Assembly (NCBI GenBank): GCA_951406725.2
Contig: OX597815.1
Span: 70,308,001-70,372,000 of the forward strand
From: Octopus vulgaris
Lineage: Eukaryota
Length of the DNA stretch: 64,000 nt
Reading direction: 5' to 3'
The position numbers and the translations under genes are program-made. Below the pieces are notes generated by a model. That model was not told where the DNA came from. It did not search any database and worked only from the letters and a program-made list of their open reading frames with translations. This document shows, piece after piece, positions 13,094-28,098 of the stretch. Numbering within the stretch: position 1 is the first letter of the stretch; each line of letters starts with the position of its first letter.

Positions 13094-14111
13094 ATGGATA
13101 AGTCGGAAATTCGTACAGTTTTGAAACATGAGTTTTTTCTTAGAAACACAGCATCACAGACAGCTCGGAATATTAATGGAGTATTTCATTCTAATGTCAT
13201 TACACAGCAGACAATATCAAATTGGTTTGCAAAATTTCGTTCTGGTAACTTTGACCTCACAAATGAGCAACGCAGTCAACCAGAAACAAAGGAGGATATT
13301 GACGAACTGAAAGCCACCGTCGAGTCAAATCCATCTCAAAGTGTCCGTAAATAATCGTTGTTGTTTGGTGTTGGCAAGCAAACAATATTGACTCACCTAG
13401 TTCAAATCGGTAAAGTGAAAAAGTTGGATAAGTGGGTTCCACATGAACTCAAAATCAAAAACAGCAACATTTGGAAGCCTGCATTACGCTACTTTCTCGT
13501 CACAAAAATGAATCATTTTTGAATCAAATTGTAACATGTGATGAGAAATGGATTCAATACAACAACCGTAAACGTTCAGCACAATGGTTAGACAAAGACG
13601 AGCCACCAAAACAGAGTCCAAAAAGCAAAATTCATCAAAAGAAGCTGATGGCGTGTGTTTGGTGGTCTGGCGCGGGTGCGATTCATTTATGATTTCATTA
13701 AATATGGCTCATCAATCATGGCCGAAGTATACTGCAGCCAACTGGACCAAATGATGCAGAAACTTACAAAAAAAGAGCCTAGATTAGTCAACAGAGCCAC
13801 TCCTATTTTATTGCAAGACAACGCCAGACCACACATCACAAAAATGACATTGGCGAAACTACAGGGGTTGGAGTTGGAAGTTCTCCATCATCCACTATAC
13901 TCACCTGATCTTGCCCCCACTGACTACCTCTTCTTCCAGAATTTGGATAACTTTTTGATAGGAAAAGATGTAATTCCGACGATGCTGTAAAACAAGCGTT
14001 CCAAGATTTTATTGAGTCCAGATTGCCAGGCTTTTACAGTTCCGGGCTGGACAAGCTGCCGCTGAAATGGCAAAAGTGTATTGACAATATGGGTGCATAC
14101 TTTGATAAATA
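13094..14111 (+). pseudogene. Mariner (DD34D) transposase, disrupted
   Basis: HTH region, WVPHEL, IVTCDEKW, LLQDNARPH, YSPDLAPTDY; stop at ~13352 and frameshifts. TIR remnants near 12917 and 14165-14187. Confidence 0.92.
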
Positions 14112-14326
14112 AAACTATTCCATGTATTTATAAAATATTACCAAACTTTTTCTTTTCTTTTCAACACATTTCATACTTGACGACATATATATATATATAT
14201 ATATCAAGAACAATCTTACTTAGAAATGGATGCGTGCGTTCCGTCATATAATAAATTAATAAATAAAACATATGCATATATACATACATACATGTACGTA
14301 CCTACCTCAACATGTATATATACACG

Positions 14327-15136
14327 CATATATGGGTACAGGACACCCAAAAAAACGTCGAACACAATGAGAAACGAAAACATAAACACAAAACCAAGGA
14401 ACTGGACATTTTTCTTAAACAACAAAAAAATAGAGTACAGGACAAATGACACAAGAAAAATTCCCCTTCTTCAGTTGCCATGGTTTCATCTACTCTGCGT
14501 TTCGAAGGTGAAGGCGATACGCATCTTCGATAGAAACTTTCCTTCCCGCGAAAAGCAAAACTGTCTCTCCCTCTCTCTCATTCTTCATTCTTTCTGGTTT
14601 CCTCACAATCATTCCCTTTTTTCTCTCCCTTTCTCTTGCTCCTCCTCCTCCCTTCCGTCGTTGACCCGCGACGAGAGCTCTGCTACTGTCTTTCTGGCCT
14701 GACTTCCTTGAAATGTGGACGGCATTTTCTGTTGCTCCTTCGCCGTTCTCAAAAATAGCGTTCGTAATACTTTTTCTCGTTCGGCTTAACAGCCCTTCTT
14801 GTCTTGTTATTCTCCTTGTCCTGTCTTTTACTGTTTATATTTTGTACTGTCGTTACTGTCCTGTTTTTGTTACCGTTTTTACCCCTCCGCAAAAAGATAT
14901 TTAATTTACTTTTCGCGGGAAGGAAAGTTTCTATCGAAGATGCGTATCGCCTTCACCTTCGAAACGCAGAGTAGATGAAACCATGGCGACTGAAGAAGGG
15001 GAATTTTCCTCGTGTTATTTGTCCTGTACTCTATTTTTTTGTTGTTTAAGAAAGATGTCCAGTTCCTTGGTTTTGTGTTTATGTTTTCGTTTCTCATTGT
15101 GTTCGACGTTTTTTTGGTATCCTGTACCCATATATG
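14327..15136. mobile_element. Element with ~230 bp terminal inverted duplication and HHR-like motifs (inverted pLTR-like)
   Basis: 14327-14559 is the reverse complement of 14905-15136. Contains CCTTC-GAAAC...GTA...CTGAAGA-AGG. Homologue at ~28850-29125. Confidence 0.7.
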
Positions 15137-15209
<73 letters not shown>

Positions 15210-15730
15210 GGGAGAGGGGGCAGGAGAGGGGGAGAGAGAGAGGTAGAAAGAAAAAGACAAAGACAAAGACAAAGAGAGTTTCATCAATGGTGACACAATC
15301 TGACTGAAAACTGAATTATGTCACAAGCGGTCAAAGTCTTTCCTGGCGCCAACTACGACATTGCTTTCGTCGAACGCCTCAAGTATGAGCGACCATTCAT
15401 AAATGACAGAGGATAGATTGCAAGTCCCCCGTAAATCTAGCTCCACGGTTGTCCTGAACGACAAAAAAAGAAAAGTAAGTTGTTGGGAAAAGCGTTGTTC
15501 ACTGATTCTGTCACATTTTGAAATCTATAGACATCCAAAATAAGTAGTCATTGCGGCATTTTCTTCACTCTAGGTGTGCAAACAGAAATGGACGCTTCTT
15601 TTCATCTAACAACTTAAGAAATATGTAACTATTCTTTCTTTGTGTCTCTAGCACTATATCAATTTTCTCTCTTCTCCCTCTTGTTTTATGTCTCTCTGTC
15701 TTCCTCTCTCACTTTCTCCTTCACTTCCCC

Positions 15731-15761
<31 letters not shown>

Positions 15762-15797
15762 GCCTGTCTGTCTGTCTGTATTTATCTATCTGCTTGT

Positions 15798-15900
<103 letters not shown>

Positions 15901-16534
15901 TGTCTGCTTGTTTATCTGTCATGCCTGTCTGTTTGTTTATCTATCTATCTATCTGTCTGTCTGTCTGTCTGTCTTCCTGCATGCCTGTATCTATCTATCT
16001 ATCCATCTATCCATCTCTCTCTCTCTCTCTCTTTCTCTCTATTTACCTATCTACCTATTATTTCTCATCTTTACTCGGTTCCTCTCTTTCCACACTTTCA
16101 CTGCTCCCCCACCATTCTTCTTATTCCTTCAAATCCACCCCCATTTTCCTCTTTCCTTCTCATTTCACACATTCCCTTCCACACCCATCTCTCTCTTAAT
16201 TTTCATTACCCAATTATTTATTCACTTTATTAGTTATTTATTATATTTATTTATTTACTCAAGTCGTTTATTTGCTTTACCCACCTGCTTTTCTTTTGCG
16301 ATTTCTGTTTCATCGACTTTTTTGGGGCAGAATATGGTGGAGTAGTGGTGGTATCTTGTTGTTGTTGCTGTTGGTAGCGGTGATGATGTTTGTAGCGTTG
16401 ATGGTGATATGATAGTGGTTATGGTAGTGGTTGTGATGTTGGTGGTGTTGTTGGTGGTAGCAATTGTAGTAGGAAGAAGGTGGCAGTAGAGTGGTTGCTA
16501 CAAATAAGTCTCTGGTGGGGACTGAGGACGTCGT

Positions 16535-16588
<54 letters not shown>

Positions 16589-17119
16589 AGATTAAGATGG
16601 CAAACTTTGGGATGGTATTGGTAGTGGTAGTGGTTGGGGTGGTAATAGTAGTAGTGGTGGTGGTAGTGACGGAAGTGGTAGTGGTGGAAGAGGTATTAGT
16701 GGTAGAGGTATTGGTGATGGTGGTGGTGATAGTGTTTGAGGCGGTGGTGGGCTGAGAGTCGTAGTAATAGGCTGGGTGAGGAATGAAGTGGTGGCGATGG
16801 TAGTTGTAGTGGTTAGAGTTATGTAGATAAAAAAAGCCAACATAGCAGAACATATGTGTATACACACACACACCCTCGCGTACGCATGCACGCACAAACA
16901 CACTCGCCCCCCCCCCCCATATATATACAGATATGAATAAACATATTGACAGATAAATAGACAAACATATATAGGAAGAGTGTGTGTGTGAGAGAGGGGG
17001 AGAGAGAAAGAAAGAAAAGAGAGAGCGTGTGACTGAGAAAGTAACAGAGAAAGAGGGAAGGAACAGAAGAGCTATAATTAGACAGACATACAGACAGACA
17101 GATAGATAGATAGACAGAC

Positions 17120-17181
<62 letters not shown>

Positions 17182-19276
17182 ACAGGCAGATAGAACGATT
17201 TATAGAAATAAGGAGAGAAGTGGAGAGACAATAGAAGGAAAGAAAGAGAGAGAAAAAGAAAGGAATATATGAGAGACAAAGAAAGAAGAGAATTAACAAA
17301 ACCAAAAACGTTTAAGGCACATACATAAAAACAAAGTTCTTTGTACGTGTATGCATACCTGAATAGGTATATATGCGTAGTATACACCACACACGCACTC
17401 ACTCACAAGTGCATACACACACACATAATTGTTGTTACCACCTCAACGTGGTTGTTCCGTATATATATATATATAATACATATTATATATGTATAAAATA
17501 TATTGTTATACATATATATATATATATAAAATAATTATTATACATATATATATATATAGGCGTACATGAGTATGCGCATAAAATTTGTTATGGTTTTCTA
17601 CATATAGATATGCGTGTGCGCGTCTGTTATCGTGTATGCAGCTCGCATGCGTATGTGTGTCTGTGTGTTGAGTGCGTGAATGTGTTGTCGTTTTTTATTT
17701 TCTCTCTGTTCACCCTTTCAAAAGCAGACGAGAACAAGTCGTCGGCAAATGGCTGACGTAACACGACTATAAAATAACAATCCACACCAACAATGTCGGC
17801 GAAAACTGTGAATGTCTCTATCGTCTGCTTCGCAAAATAAATAAATAAATACATAGATAAATATACAAATAAGAAAATAAATAAAAGAAGTTGCTCTAGT
17901 TCTAATTGATGTTTACGTCTTTGCTTCATCTTATGTTGATCGTATTCTTTATTTTTTGCGGGCGAATTTTATCTTCTTTTCGTTAAAGCTCTCATCGCTC
18001 ACATTTAACTAATATTTCTTCTTATTTCACATTCATTTTCTTCCCCATTATTTTTATTTTTATTTTTTTTAAATAATCAAACAAAAACTTCAATCCATTT
18101 TTTCTCCCTCTATTCGCCATTTTTTCCATCATCGTCAGTTCTGTTTTACTGTCGACGTATTTATATTCACATCTTTTAACGTTCTCTTCACATATTTGTT
18201 GTAGTTTTTCTTTCATCTTTTCATTGCCATTATCTTCTGTCTCTTTGTTGTCGACTTTGTCGTCGTTGTAATCGTTCTTGTCGTTGTTACCGAAGAGTAT
18301 CGGTCTGTCAAATCGATGTGTATCGTATCTTCTTTGCCAGCTGTTCGTCGTCTTATGCGGTTGCCCGACTAAATTAATCTTATATAAAATAACATCCTAT
18401 CATCTTCAAAAAATATCAGCGTGATGTAGTCTCAAGTGAAAGTGAAAGATAGGATGGTGACAGCTGAATAACTTTGATCATAGGTCTGCGCTTCCTCAAC
18501 GGTTGACCCGGGGTTAAACACTAGCAATCATCACCTCCACCTCCTCCTTCATCATCATCATCATCATCATCGTCGTCGTCGTTGTCATCACCACCACCAT
18601 CATATTCATCACCATTGTCATCATCGAAATCGCCGTTGTCTTTATTTGTACAATCGCTACCAGCACCCATCACCACCACCACAACCACCACCATCCAATA
18701 TGATTATCACGACCACCATCACCACTATAGCTGTCATATACACACTCTCACACGCACTCATACGCTTACACACTCACACACACACGTACACACACTCACT
18801 CCTTTCTTCCTTTTCCCTTGATGCCCATTTCAGAAATGTTTTGTGCACACGCACACATACACTCTAGTGCACACATACACTCTAGCGCGCGCACACACAC
18901 ACACACATATATACACACATATACACTCACATACACACACACGCACACACACACACAAACGCTCACTCACATACACACTAACACACCCATATACACACGT
19001 ACATCACACCACATACCGAAGATGTTCGATTTTAATATTTCGCTTTCTCTTTACTGGTGCCAAGAACTTCAATGTTTTGCCTATTTGTCAACAATGGAAG
19101 AGAAAGTCCTTTGTTCTATTGAGTCGTTTGTCTGGCTCCAAGAGAAAGTTTCTCCACTCGTTCGCCGTCAAAATCTTAAATATCTCTTCTTTGATGCCAT
19201 CCATATTTCATCAAAGCCTATCTCAAACAGAAGGTAAAAAATCGCCCTTCACTTGGTGCCAACAAGAAGATATCTC

Positions 19277-19693
19277 GGATCTTTTCGGTTTGAACGGCAG
19301 TTTTTCTAGCGGTGTCATATGAAATTGTCACCCATAATTATGACCCTAGTATCGATCTATTGCATTTCAATCTGTTTTAGGGTTAGGGTTAGGGGTGGGG
19401 GGAAGGGTATCTTTTTTTCTTCAGAAATGTAAATAAACCCAATCTGTTTCTTAAACGAGGGACATATTCATGCGGCACAAAATGTTTTCACTTCAATAGA
19501 CATCAGGTATTGGTTGAAATTGCAGAAATTGAAGAAAACAAAACAACAAATATCTTACAAACTATAGAATTTTCTCAATAAAGCTAAGAGAAAAAGATGT
19601 TTTATAAACACATTCTACCAGTATACGAAGTTTAAAAGTGTTTAGTTACGTGGAAATTATTTTAAAAAACTGCCGTTCAAACCGAAAAGATCC
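19277..19693. mobile_element. MITE with perfect 29-bp TIR, 8-bp TSD, internal TTAGGG
   Basis: GGATCTTTTCGGTTTGAACGGCAGTTTTT at both ends, inverted; GATATCTC at 19269-19276 and 19694-19701; ttagggttagggttaggg near 19377. Confidence 0.9.
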
Positions 19694-19744
19694 GATATCT
19701 CTTTTAGGAGACATATAAAAAATTCAAAGAATTGTGTGAATATG

Positions 19745-20070
19745 TGTGCGTGTGGCTGCATAGCAAGGAGCTTGCTTCCCAAACACATGGTTCCGGGTCT
19801 GTCCCACTGTGTGGCACATTGTGCAAGAGTTTTCTACTATAGCCTCTTGTGAGTGGATTTGGTAGACGGAAACTGAAAGAAGGCCACCACCGCTTGACAA
19901 CCGGTGTTGATATGTTTACGTCCCCGTAACTTAGCGGTTCGACAAAAGATCCTCGATAGAATAAGTACCAGGTTTTAAAAATGTCCTGGGGTTTATTCAT
20001 TCGACTAAAAATTCTTCAAGGTAGTGCCCCAGCTTGGCTGCAGTCTAATGACTGAAACAAGTAAAATGAA
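19745..20070 (+). mobile_element. SINE family A copy with internal deletions
   Basis: Shared blocks with 20632-21080. Confidence 0.75.
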
Positions 20071-20631
20071 AAAGAAGGGGGAAATAATCCAAATAAAAAG
20101 ACAAGCAAAGAATCGTTTCAATGCTACTCTGCTTTTAACCCTATTGCGCACAAAAGTTTCATGTAAAAGGTTACCTTATATTCGCGTTTTATACATTAGA
20201 TGACACTCCTTTTATACATTGGATGGCACTTTCATCAAAAAGTGTGTTCATATAATGTACGATTGTCAAATGTTGTATGTCACTTCTATCGGGAGGAGAT
20301 AATCTGCAAATAAAACCGCAAATATTACGTAACTTTTCACATAGAACTTCTGAGTCCAATGACGTTATCCGAAATAATTGTAAATGGTCATTAAAGATAT
20401 GCTAAACGCTTTCTTTGTCTTCTTATTTGGACTATGTTTTACTTTTCGTTAGACCTACTCATTGGATTTACTGGTGTGATACCTGAATTTTCTACACCAG
20501 CAGGATTTCGATCTTCCTTGAGACTCCAATTTAAGAGCCACGAGCTCCGGTTGAGTGCTGCATTGGAAATACTGCGATTTTCTTCCCTTTGAGGACCATA
20601 ATATAATATAATATATATATATATATATATA

Positions 20632-20796
20632 GGCGCAGGAGTGGCTGTGTGGTAAGTAGCTTGCTTACCAACCACATTGTTCCGGGTTCAGTCCCACTGC
20701 GTGGCACCTTGGGCAAGTGTCTTCTACTATAGCCTCGGGCCGACCAAAGCTTTGTGAGTGGATTTGGTAGACGGAAACCGAAAGAAGCCCGTCGTA

Positions 20797-20873
<77 letters not shown>

Positions 20874-21080
20874 TGTGTATGTTTGTGTGTCTATGTTTGA
20901 CAACCGATGCTGGTGTGTTTACGTCCCTGTAACTAAGCGGTTCGGCAAAAGAGACCGATAGAATAAGTACTGGGCTTACAAAGAATAAGTCCCGGGGGCG
21001 AGTTGCTCGATTAAAGGCGGTGCTCCAGCATGGCCGCAGTCAAATGACTGAAACAAGTAAAAGAATAAAAGGGTAAAAAG
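20632..21080 (+). mobile_element. tRNA-derived SINE family A, near full length, with internal microsatellite
   Basis: A-box-like tggctgtgtgg, B-box-like ggttcagtccc, central (TA)n(TG)n, A-rich tail. At least 12 further copies or fragments in the window. Confidence 0.88.
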
Positions 21081-21094
21081 AGAGTATATATATA

Positions 21095-21152
21095 CTAGCA
21101 GAGATACCCGGCGTTGCCCGGTTACATTCAATAGAAGAATTAGACTTTTCTG

Positions 21153-21202
<50 letters not shown>

Positions 21203-23778
21203 ATACACACACACACACACAAATATATGTATATTAATATAAATACATGAAAGTACATGAAGTTTGTTAAAAAAAAAGGGGGATCATGTATATACCTCCT
21301 GGCTGTTGAAATTATAACACCTCGTTGTAAACAATGTTCCTTGTTTTTCCTTGTGGAGCATATACAAAAAGGTTTCTTTTGGTTCCTACTCTTGAGCAGC
21401 CAACATGCAGTTGCCTATGCGAGAAGCAGGGCTCTTCCAAGGGAGGGTTTGACCCTGAGATTTGTTAATGGGCATGCCAAAGCTGACACGAAGGGGGAAT
21501 TGCAGTCTTCTGAATGTAAATGGAATTTCTGCTCCTGATGGAGTAAGAGGAAATCTTGGAATAAATACGTCATCACCTTTTCCACATCCAGAAAGAATGA
21601 TCGCCTCGATAACGTGTAATATCATTTTCTTTATCACCAGTCGTGTTCCATTGCAAAGTCTTGGTGGTTCCAGATTGCGGAGTAGCATTACAGGAGTTCC
21701 AACTTTAAGTGGTAATATGTGTGGAGGTAGTCGAGGAGGCTCCAGTGAATTGAGAAATTCAGGAGGATAGTTCACAACTTCATTTATATCTGGAATTGTA
21801 TCAACAGACTTGTAAGTGTGTATAGTGCCAGGAAGAGACTGCATTAGCTGTTGATTAATTTTGTTAACAGCGACGTTTTTTGGAGCTAATATTGCTCTTT
21901 CACACAGCCAATTGTGATTTTGGTAGTTTTGTGTGAAGTTGGGAAAGACTTTGTTTTTAGGTCATCTACAGAATTAACAACAGAGGAAAATGACCACACT
22001 TCCATTTGTCCTGCAGCATCGAGAGGCATCTTGCCTTCACCAAGTGTCAAAATGTCCTGTGCAAAATTTGTGGACATTTTGTCACCGTGTAGCTGAGCTC
22101 TCATGTTAGTGGAGAGACTAAAGATTGTAACATGATGCCACAGGGTAGAGGACTTTAGGCATGCTTGAACTTCATCAGCTCTAGTGCCTTTCGGAATGAC
22201 AGGAAGAGTTTGCCTGAAATCACCTGACAACAGAAGCGTTACACCTCCCATTGGAGCCTGACAGTCTCGGATGTCTTTCAGAGCTCTATCTAATGCTTCC
22301 AAAGCTCCCTTGTAAGCCATAGTGCACTCATCCCAGACAGTTACATAACACATTTTAAGTACTTGTCCCTGATCTGAGCTTTTGTTGATGTTGCATGAAG
22401 GCATTTCGGATGCTGCTAAATTGAGAGGAAGTTTAAAAGTTGAGTGTGCTGTCCTGCCACCAGGTAACAAAGTAGCTGCAATGCCAGAGGAGGCTACAGC
22501 TACTGCAATGTCCTGACGCTACCTAACTTCTGCAAGGAGAAGCTTTGTAATAAATATTTTTCCTGTCCCTCCAGGAGCATCGAGGAAGAAGATTCGTCCC
22601 TCGCGTTGGCGTACACTGTTAAGAATAGTTCTGTAGGCCTGCAGCTGGTCCGGAAGTAATTTAGGCTCATTTTCAACAATGTACTTTGAAAGCGCTTGAA
22701 TGTCGTAGGTTGTTTCACGAATGACAGCAGTGGGAAGGCTATTTGACCCTGACATGAATGCTTGAGGCAGGCCATACGTCGACAATTCATTTCCACCCAG
22801 TTTAGCAATTCTGTCTTCAACGTCAATGAGTGTTTTGTTATAGATTTCCTTGCTGATACCCTCCATGTCAGGATAGAGCAGTTGAGCTTGGCGCTGAAGG
22901 GGACAATGTTTTTGAGATTCCGGTTCGAATGTAAGGCAGGTTTGAAAGTGTTACCAACAGTTATTAGTTGTAGTGGTAGAGTGTTTATGCCGAATATGTA
23001 CGTATGCATGTATATATATGTATGTATGCCTGTATATATGTACAAAATCCACTGAGAAGGCTTTTGTTGGTCTGAAGCTACAGCAGAAGACACATGCCAA
23101 GTCACCACACAGTGGGACTGAACCCAGGACCATGTGTTTGGAACGTAGTTTGTTACCCCACAGCCACACCTGCCCCTATGTATGTGTGTGTGTGTGCGTA
23201 TGTGTGTATTGGTAGATATATTATGCATGTATATATGTGTATATATATGTGTACATATTACATGTACATCTATATATATACATCTACACATAAAATACAA
23301 AATACAAAGTTATTTCTTGATATCGCTAGTGATAACAATACTCAAAATATATAACAGACTGGAATTGTAGGCCCGTCTCTTGCAATTTCGATCAATTGGA
23401 TCTTGTCCTCCCTCTTGTATAGAAGTGTACGGCTGCAGCGAAATTCATTTTTGGACTTTCTTCTATCGAGGGCATTTTAACAAAAATGCTTCCGTAAAGA
23501 CGGTGAAAATATTGTCAATTTCCCCAAACAGGGACACAATTCAATTTTTAAACAATAACCAAAGCCCCTTCTCCGAAAGGGGGAGGGTTACGGTTTACAA
23601 TTATTTAACAAATGCAACACAACAACGTTTCCCAGACGAGAAACCAACAAACGTGATTACAGTAGTCAAACAGTAATAATAATAACAACAAACCTTTTTA
23701 ATTTATCCCCATTTATGTGAAACCACTTATTCAAGTTCAAGTCATTGATGCAATTTTATACGAATTGCTAATACACAT

Positions 23779-23831
<53 letters not shown>

Positions 23832-24247
23832 AAGGGTGAAAAATTGAATATTAATTTGATTAATATGAATTGAAAACCAGTGGTGTAGCATATAAGACCA
23901 TAGCGGATCTTCCTCTAGCAAAAAGGATGACCACTATTAATGGCTCATCCCTGTTATATAATACTTTCACTTTAATAGTTTCACACTTGCAAAGAGAAAG
24001 TAGGAGAAAGTGTGGTGGTAATCGCAGGAGTAAACTACTTGAAATGAGAGAGGCAAATCGTAAAATATTGAGTTTTCTCGAATTTTTGCTTAATTGGGGG
24101 TCAAATTGAAAAAACTTTATATGCCATGACCCAATCGAATCTACTTCGAAAAATCATAGGTAAATTCCAATGGAAGTAATTCTATATTGTAGAATTGTAT
24201 TAAAAAGGAACATGGTAACAGGCAGAGAAAATCTGCCTTTTATCATA

Positions 24248-24250
<3 letters not shown>
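21095..24250 (-). mobile_element. Helitron, internally deleted, with nested SINE A
   Basis: Minus-strand 3' end ccgggcaacgccggg hairpin...CTAG|T at 21095; candidate 5' TC end (TCTTATGATAAAAGG) at 24250 after an A; helicase remnants inside. Confidence 0.7.
21340..22960 (-). pseudogene. Helitron Rep-Hel PIF1-family helicase, frameshifted
   Basis: FLDAPGGTGK, LPGGRTAHSTFKLPL, WDECTM, GDFRQTLPVI, LRNL..RLCNGTRL, RLQFPLR..F..INKSQGQTL. Confidence 0.93.
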
Positions 24251-24325
<75 letters not shown>

Positions 24326-24538
24326 GTATATATAACCGTCTAAGGGATAAGAATATCCATTCTTACAACCGGTATCATTTACCTATACTATCCCTGGCCG
24401 TGGATATGCAAGCACACTATGATCATAGGGTACAGGTAATAACTGAATAAACAAACGTTATGTTATGTTTTGTATTTAAAAATAATTAACCGATGTTGGT
24501 CAATTTGCTTGTTGATCAAAAGCTTTCTCCATTTTCTG

Positions 24539-24581
<43 letters not shown>

Positions 24582-24649
24582 TAAAAAACGACAAATTTTC
24601 CTTTAAAAATAAGGTTTATATCCTTTGTACATATACTGTTTAGTATCTA

Positions 24650-25205
24650 CGCGTTGAATAAGTTCAGATATGCTGTATTTTCTGACAGTGGTCAAGTGTA
24701 GGTCTGGAGACTCTGTGACCAAGAAGTTAACGTGAAAAGATTGCAGCCATCAATGAAACACGGTGGCTATTTTGTGATGGTCTGGGGAGCAATGGTCGAC
24801 CAGAGCTGGTGGAGTGTGAGAGAAACATAAACTCAGATAAATATGTGTCCATATTGCAGAAAGGACTCTTCCAATCTTTTCCAGTGGTGAAATCATTAAA
24901 GAAGACTCTTTATTTTTGGAATACACTTAAAAAAGACCTAAGATTGGTAGGAAGAGAATGGCATTAAAAAGCTTCCATGGCCAAGCCAGTCACCAGATAT
25001 GAACTCTATTGAACACCCCTAGGGCATAATGGACATCAAATTTTGTAAAAAGAAGAAAGCATTCGTAAATCCAGATCTTTTGAAATTAATATATGAGACT
25101 TAACAAAAAATCCCTCAAGAGAATATTCGTCATCTGATCAGTAGCATGCCTAATAGGGTCCTTGTATTGAAAAATGCAAAAGGAATGTCTATTAAATATT
25201 ATATA
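24650..25205 (+). pseudogene. Tc1-type (DD34E) transposase fragment
   Basis: Hand translation gives LQPSMKHGGYFVMVWGAM (~24741) and LPWPSQSPDMNSIEH (~24972); multiple stops. Confidence 0.8.
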
Positions 25206-26355
25206 ATAATTGCTAAATAGTTTGGACCTATAATTTAGGGTTTAGATAAATTTTAACGATTATAAATTTTAACGATTTACTTCTGTCATGTCTCAGTACG
25301 TAAACAATTATGTGCTTTGACTACAGCACTAGAGCATTTTAGCTCTTATTTCTAGCAATGTAGGCGTTTCTAACACCCTATTATATTTAGTGACAATTAT
25401 AGTTTTCTTTTTTGGTGGAGTATTGCACACTGCTGTCTATATTACTTATACACGCGCGCGCACACACACACTCACATCCAGGGAAAACGTGATAAACAGA
25501 CACTCCGAGGTGATCATATCATGTAAACATCGTTTCTGGAATCTGAAAAAGACATTTTGAAACGGAATAACATCAAACGCCCATAGCACATTATAGAACA
25601 AGAAAGGATCACAAACAAATAAACCAACCAACCAATATTTAGGGCGCTATACACTATAGCACCAGAAACAATTAAAAGGTCACCCTAAGACAGTTTCATT
25701 TACCAATTCAGGCAATTAACCCCAACAGCTGATTGATATAATGACTGTACCGGCTGACCTGTTTACGCCAGAATTCATTGAACATAGTCATGCCTTAAAT
25801 GAGATCGAACAAAGGAATGTACCACCCACCTTGAGATCTGCAGACTGAATAGCAAAATAAGTCCAACATCACTACAAATACCTCCATCCCCTTATAACTA
25901 CCATTCATTCATGTCTTTCGACCACCTTCCTCTCTCCCCCACCAAATATACACAAATATCCACATAATTCAACCAACCTTCGCACTGTTAAACAACCGTT
26001 AACGTTATATCGCCCGAAGAAATGAATCCATGAAGATGATCAACGTGATGCCTACGGATACTACGGACTATACTGTAATCATCCCAGGAGTATGGACTGT
26101 GATCTTAACAGACATGCGATTTGTGGAAACGCGCATAACGATGCATTAAATGTTTATAAATTCCATCCAAGGATTATTGTTATTATTATTAAAGAATAAA
26201 AGAAAAGAAAAGAATATAGGAGTGGCTGTGTAGTAAGTAGCTTGTTTACCAACTACATAGTTCCGGGTTCAGTCCCACTGCGTGACACCTTGGGCAAGTG
26301 TCTTCTACTATAGCTTCGGGCCGACTAAAGCCTTGTGAGTGGATTTGGTAGACGG

Positions 26356-26725
26356 TTAAGCATTCGATAGCGTGGATATCTACAACCTCATAGGATTGTA
26401 TATACAGGACACTTTAACGAAGTGGCTCCCGTCAGTTCTTTTGATCTATACAGAGATGATCCTTTAGCCATCTGTAGAGGCTCTAGCTAGTTTACCATAG
26501 ACAGGTTTAGGAAGGAGCTAATTCGCACCCTTAGCTCCCTTGGATTCAAGATGACGATTGAGGCCAATCCTACCACAGTTAAGTTTTTAGATCTAACCTT
26601 GGACCTGGGTACTTGTTCAAACAGGCCCTACCTCAAATCAAACAAAAGGCTGTCATATACTGACACAGCCTCCTGCCATCTACTTCTCGTGTTCAAGAGC
26701 CTAGTGAAAGGTGCCAGTAAGAAGA
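26356..26725 (+). pseudogene. Penelope-like reverse transcriptase fragment
   Basis: LYRDDPLAI (~26446), then TIEANPTTVKFLDLTLDL..RPYLK.N..LSY...SCH, i.e. RT5-7 and thumb of PLE RTs. Confidence 0.8.
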
Positions 26726-28009
26726 CATTTCGTACTACTTTACGGTGTTGTTCAGGATCCATGGCCAAGAAAGGTGTTAACTTAGAAATGGCTCTCCACA
26801 CAATTATAAATTAGTACTGAAGAATTCTACAGTTCATCCCTCTAAGCAGTGGCCCTCTAATTGTATCGACGCTTCTTGGTTGGAGACGTTGAAGGATTTA
26901 CTTCAAATTTTATTGGCAGATTTCCTTTCTTGCAACGTACTTAAATATAGATAACCTGAGAAGACTCGAAACATATTAAGTAAGCATGCGCCTTTGGATG
27001 TGAAATATAAGTATGCATGAAAGACATAGTGTTGAGAGAAAAACTAGGCATAAAAGGAATCAGATGTAGTGAGCAAGAAAGAAGACTGTTGGGTATGTAT
27101 GATGACAGCTACATAAGAAAGTGTCGATTACCTAATTGTAAAACAGCAACTGAGCTTCTTCATACTCGAGAAACCCCACTGTAGATAGCTACCGCGGTTT
27201 CTTGGCAATAGTAGTGCGCTGTTTCTTGTAGAAATTCAGTTTAGAACCCAAACAACTGAACAACGCCTCAATGGAGTCAGCTATAGCAGCTGAGGCCTGC
27301 TCCAGGTGGTTGTGGTTGATGAAAGATCGCAGGTGGAACCCTTCTGCTGGTGATAGCTAATTTATTCCTAATTGCCACTCATATGCCCAGGTGAAGCTTA
27401 CAGGCTAAGGGGCGCAACGTACGTGACCCTGAGATTCTTGGTGAAGATATAGAAGACTTTCCAACTCTGCGATATAATTTTACTCACCATCAGGAGAAAG
27501 AGCTTCCAATATCTTTATGTAACTCCTGCCCCTTTTGCTTGCGACAAAGCGTCTTTTATGTTGAATTCACTTACGCACACACACACACATCTATGTACAT
27601 GCATGTATGTCTATAGGATGTTATACAAGAACTCAACTCTGAGTGCAATGCTTTTTTATAGTAGAAACAGCTGTAAGCTGATGAGGTTGAGTACGAGACT
27701 CCTGTTTACCTGTTATACATTAATATCACGCTTTGCTCTAGGGCGACGAGCAGGTAGAATCCTTAGCACGCCGGGCAAAATGCTTAGCAGCTTTTCGTCC
27801 TTTCTGAGTTCAAATTCCGCCGAGATAAACTTTGCCTTTCATCTTTTCGGCGTCAATAAAACAAGTACCTGTTGAGCACTTACCTCCATCCTCCGCTGGT
27901 CTTGTGCCGGTCTTGTGCCAAAATTTGAAACCAATATTAAGCTTTGCTTAAAGCATATGTATATTGAGTTCAAACAACTGGTTGTATCGCAATGACTAAG
28001 CGAAATCAT

Positions 28010-28045
<36 letters not shown>

Positions 28046-28098
28046 ATATGTGACAATTATTCGGTTGCCATAATGCTGTAGCATTTTTTGATTGCCTC

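Noticed and set aside
13094-14111. Domesticated SETMAR-like gene
   Set aside because: No SET domain; an in-frame stop and frameshifts indicate a dead mariner.
17690-18370. CpG-richer unique sequence, possible host exon or regulatory element
   Set aside because: No recognisable ORF or consistent splice signals; needs RNA-seq or conservation data.
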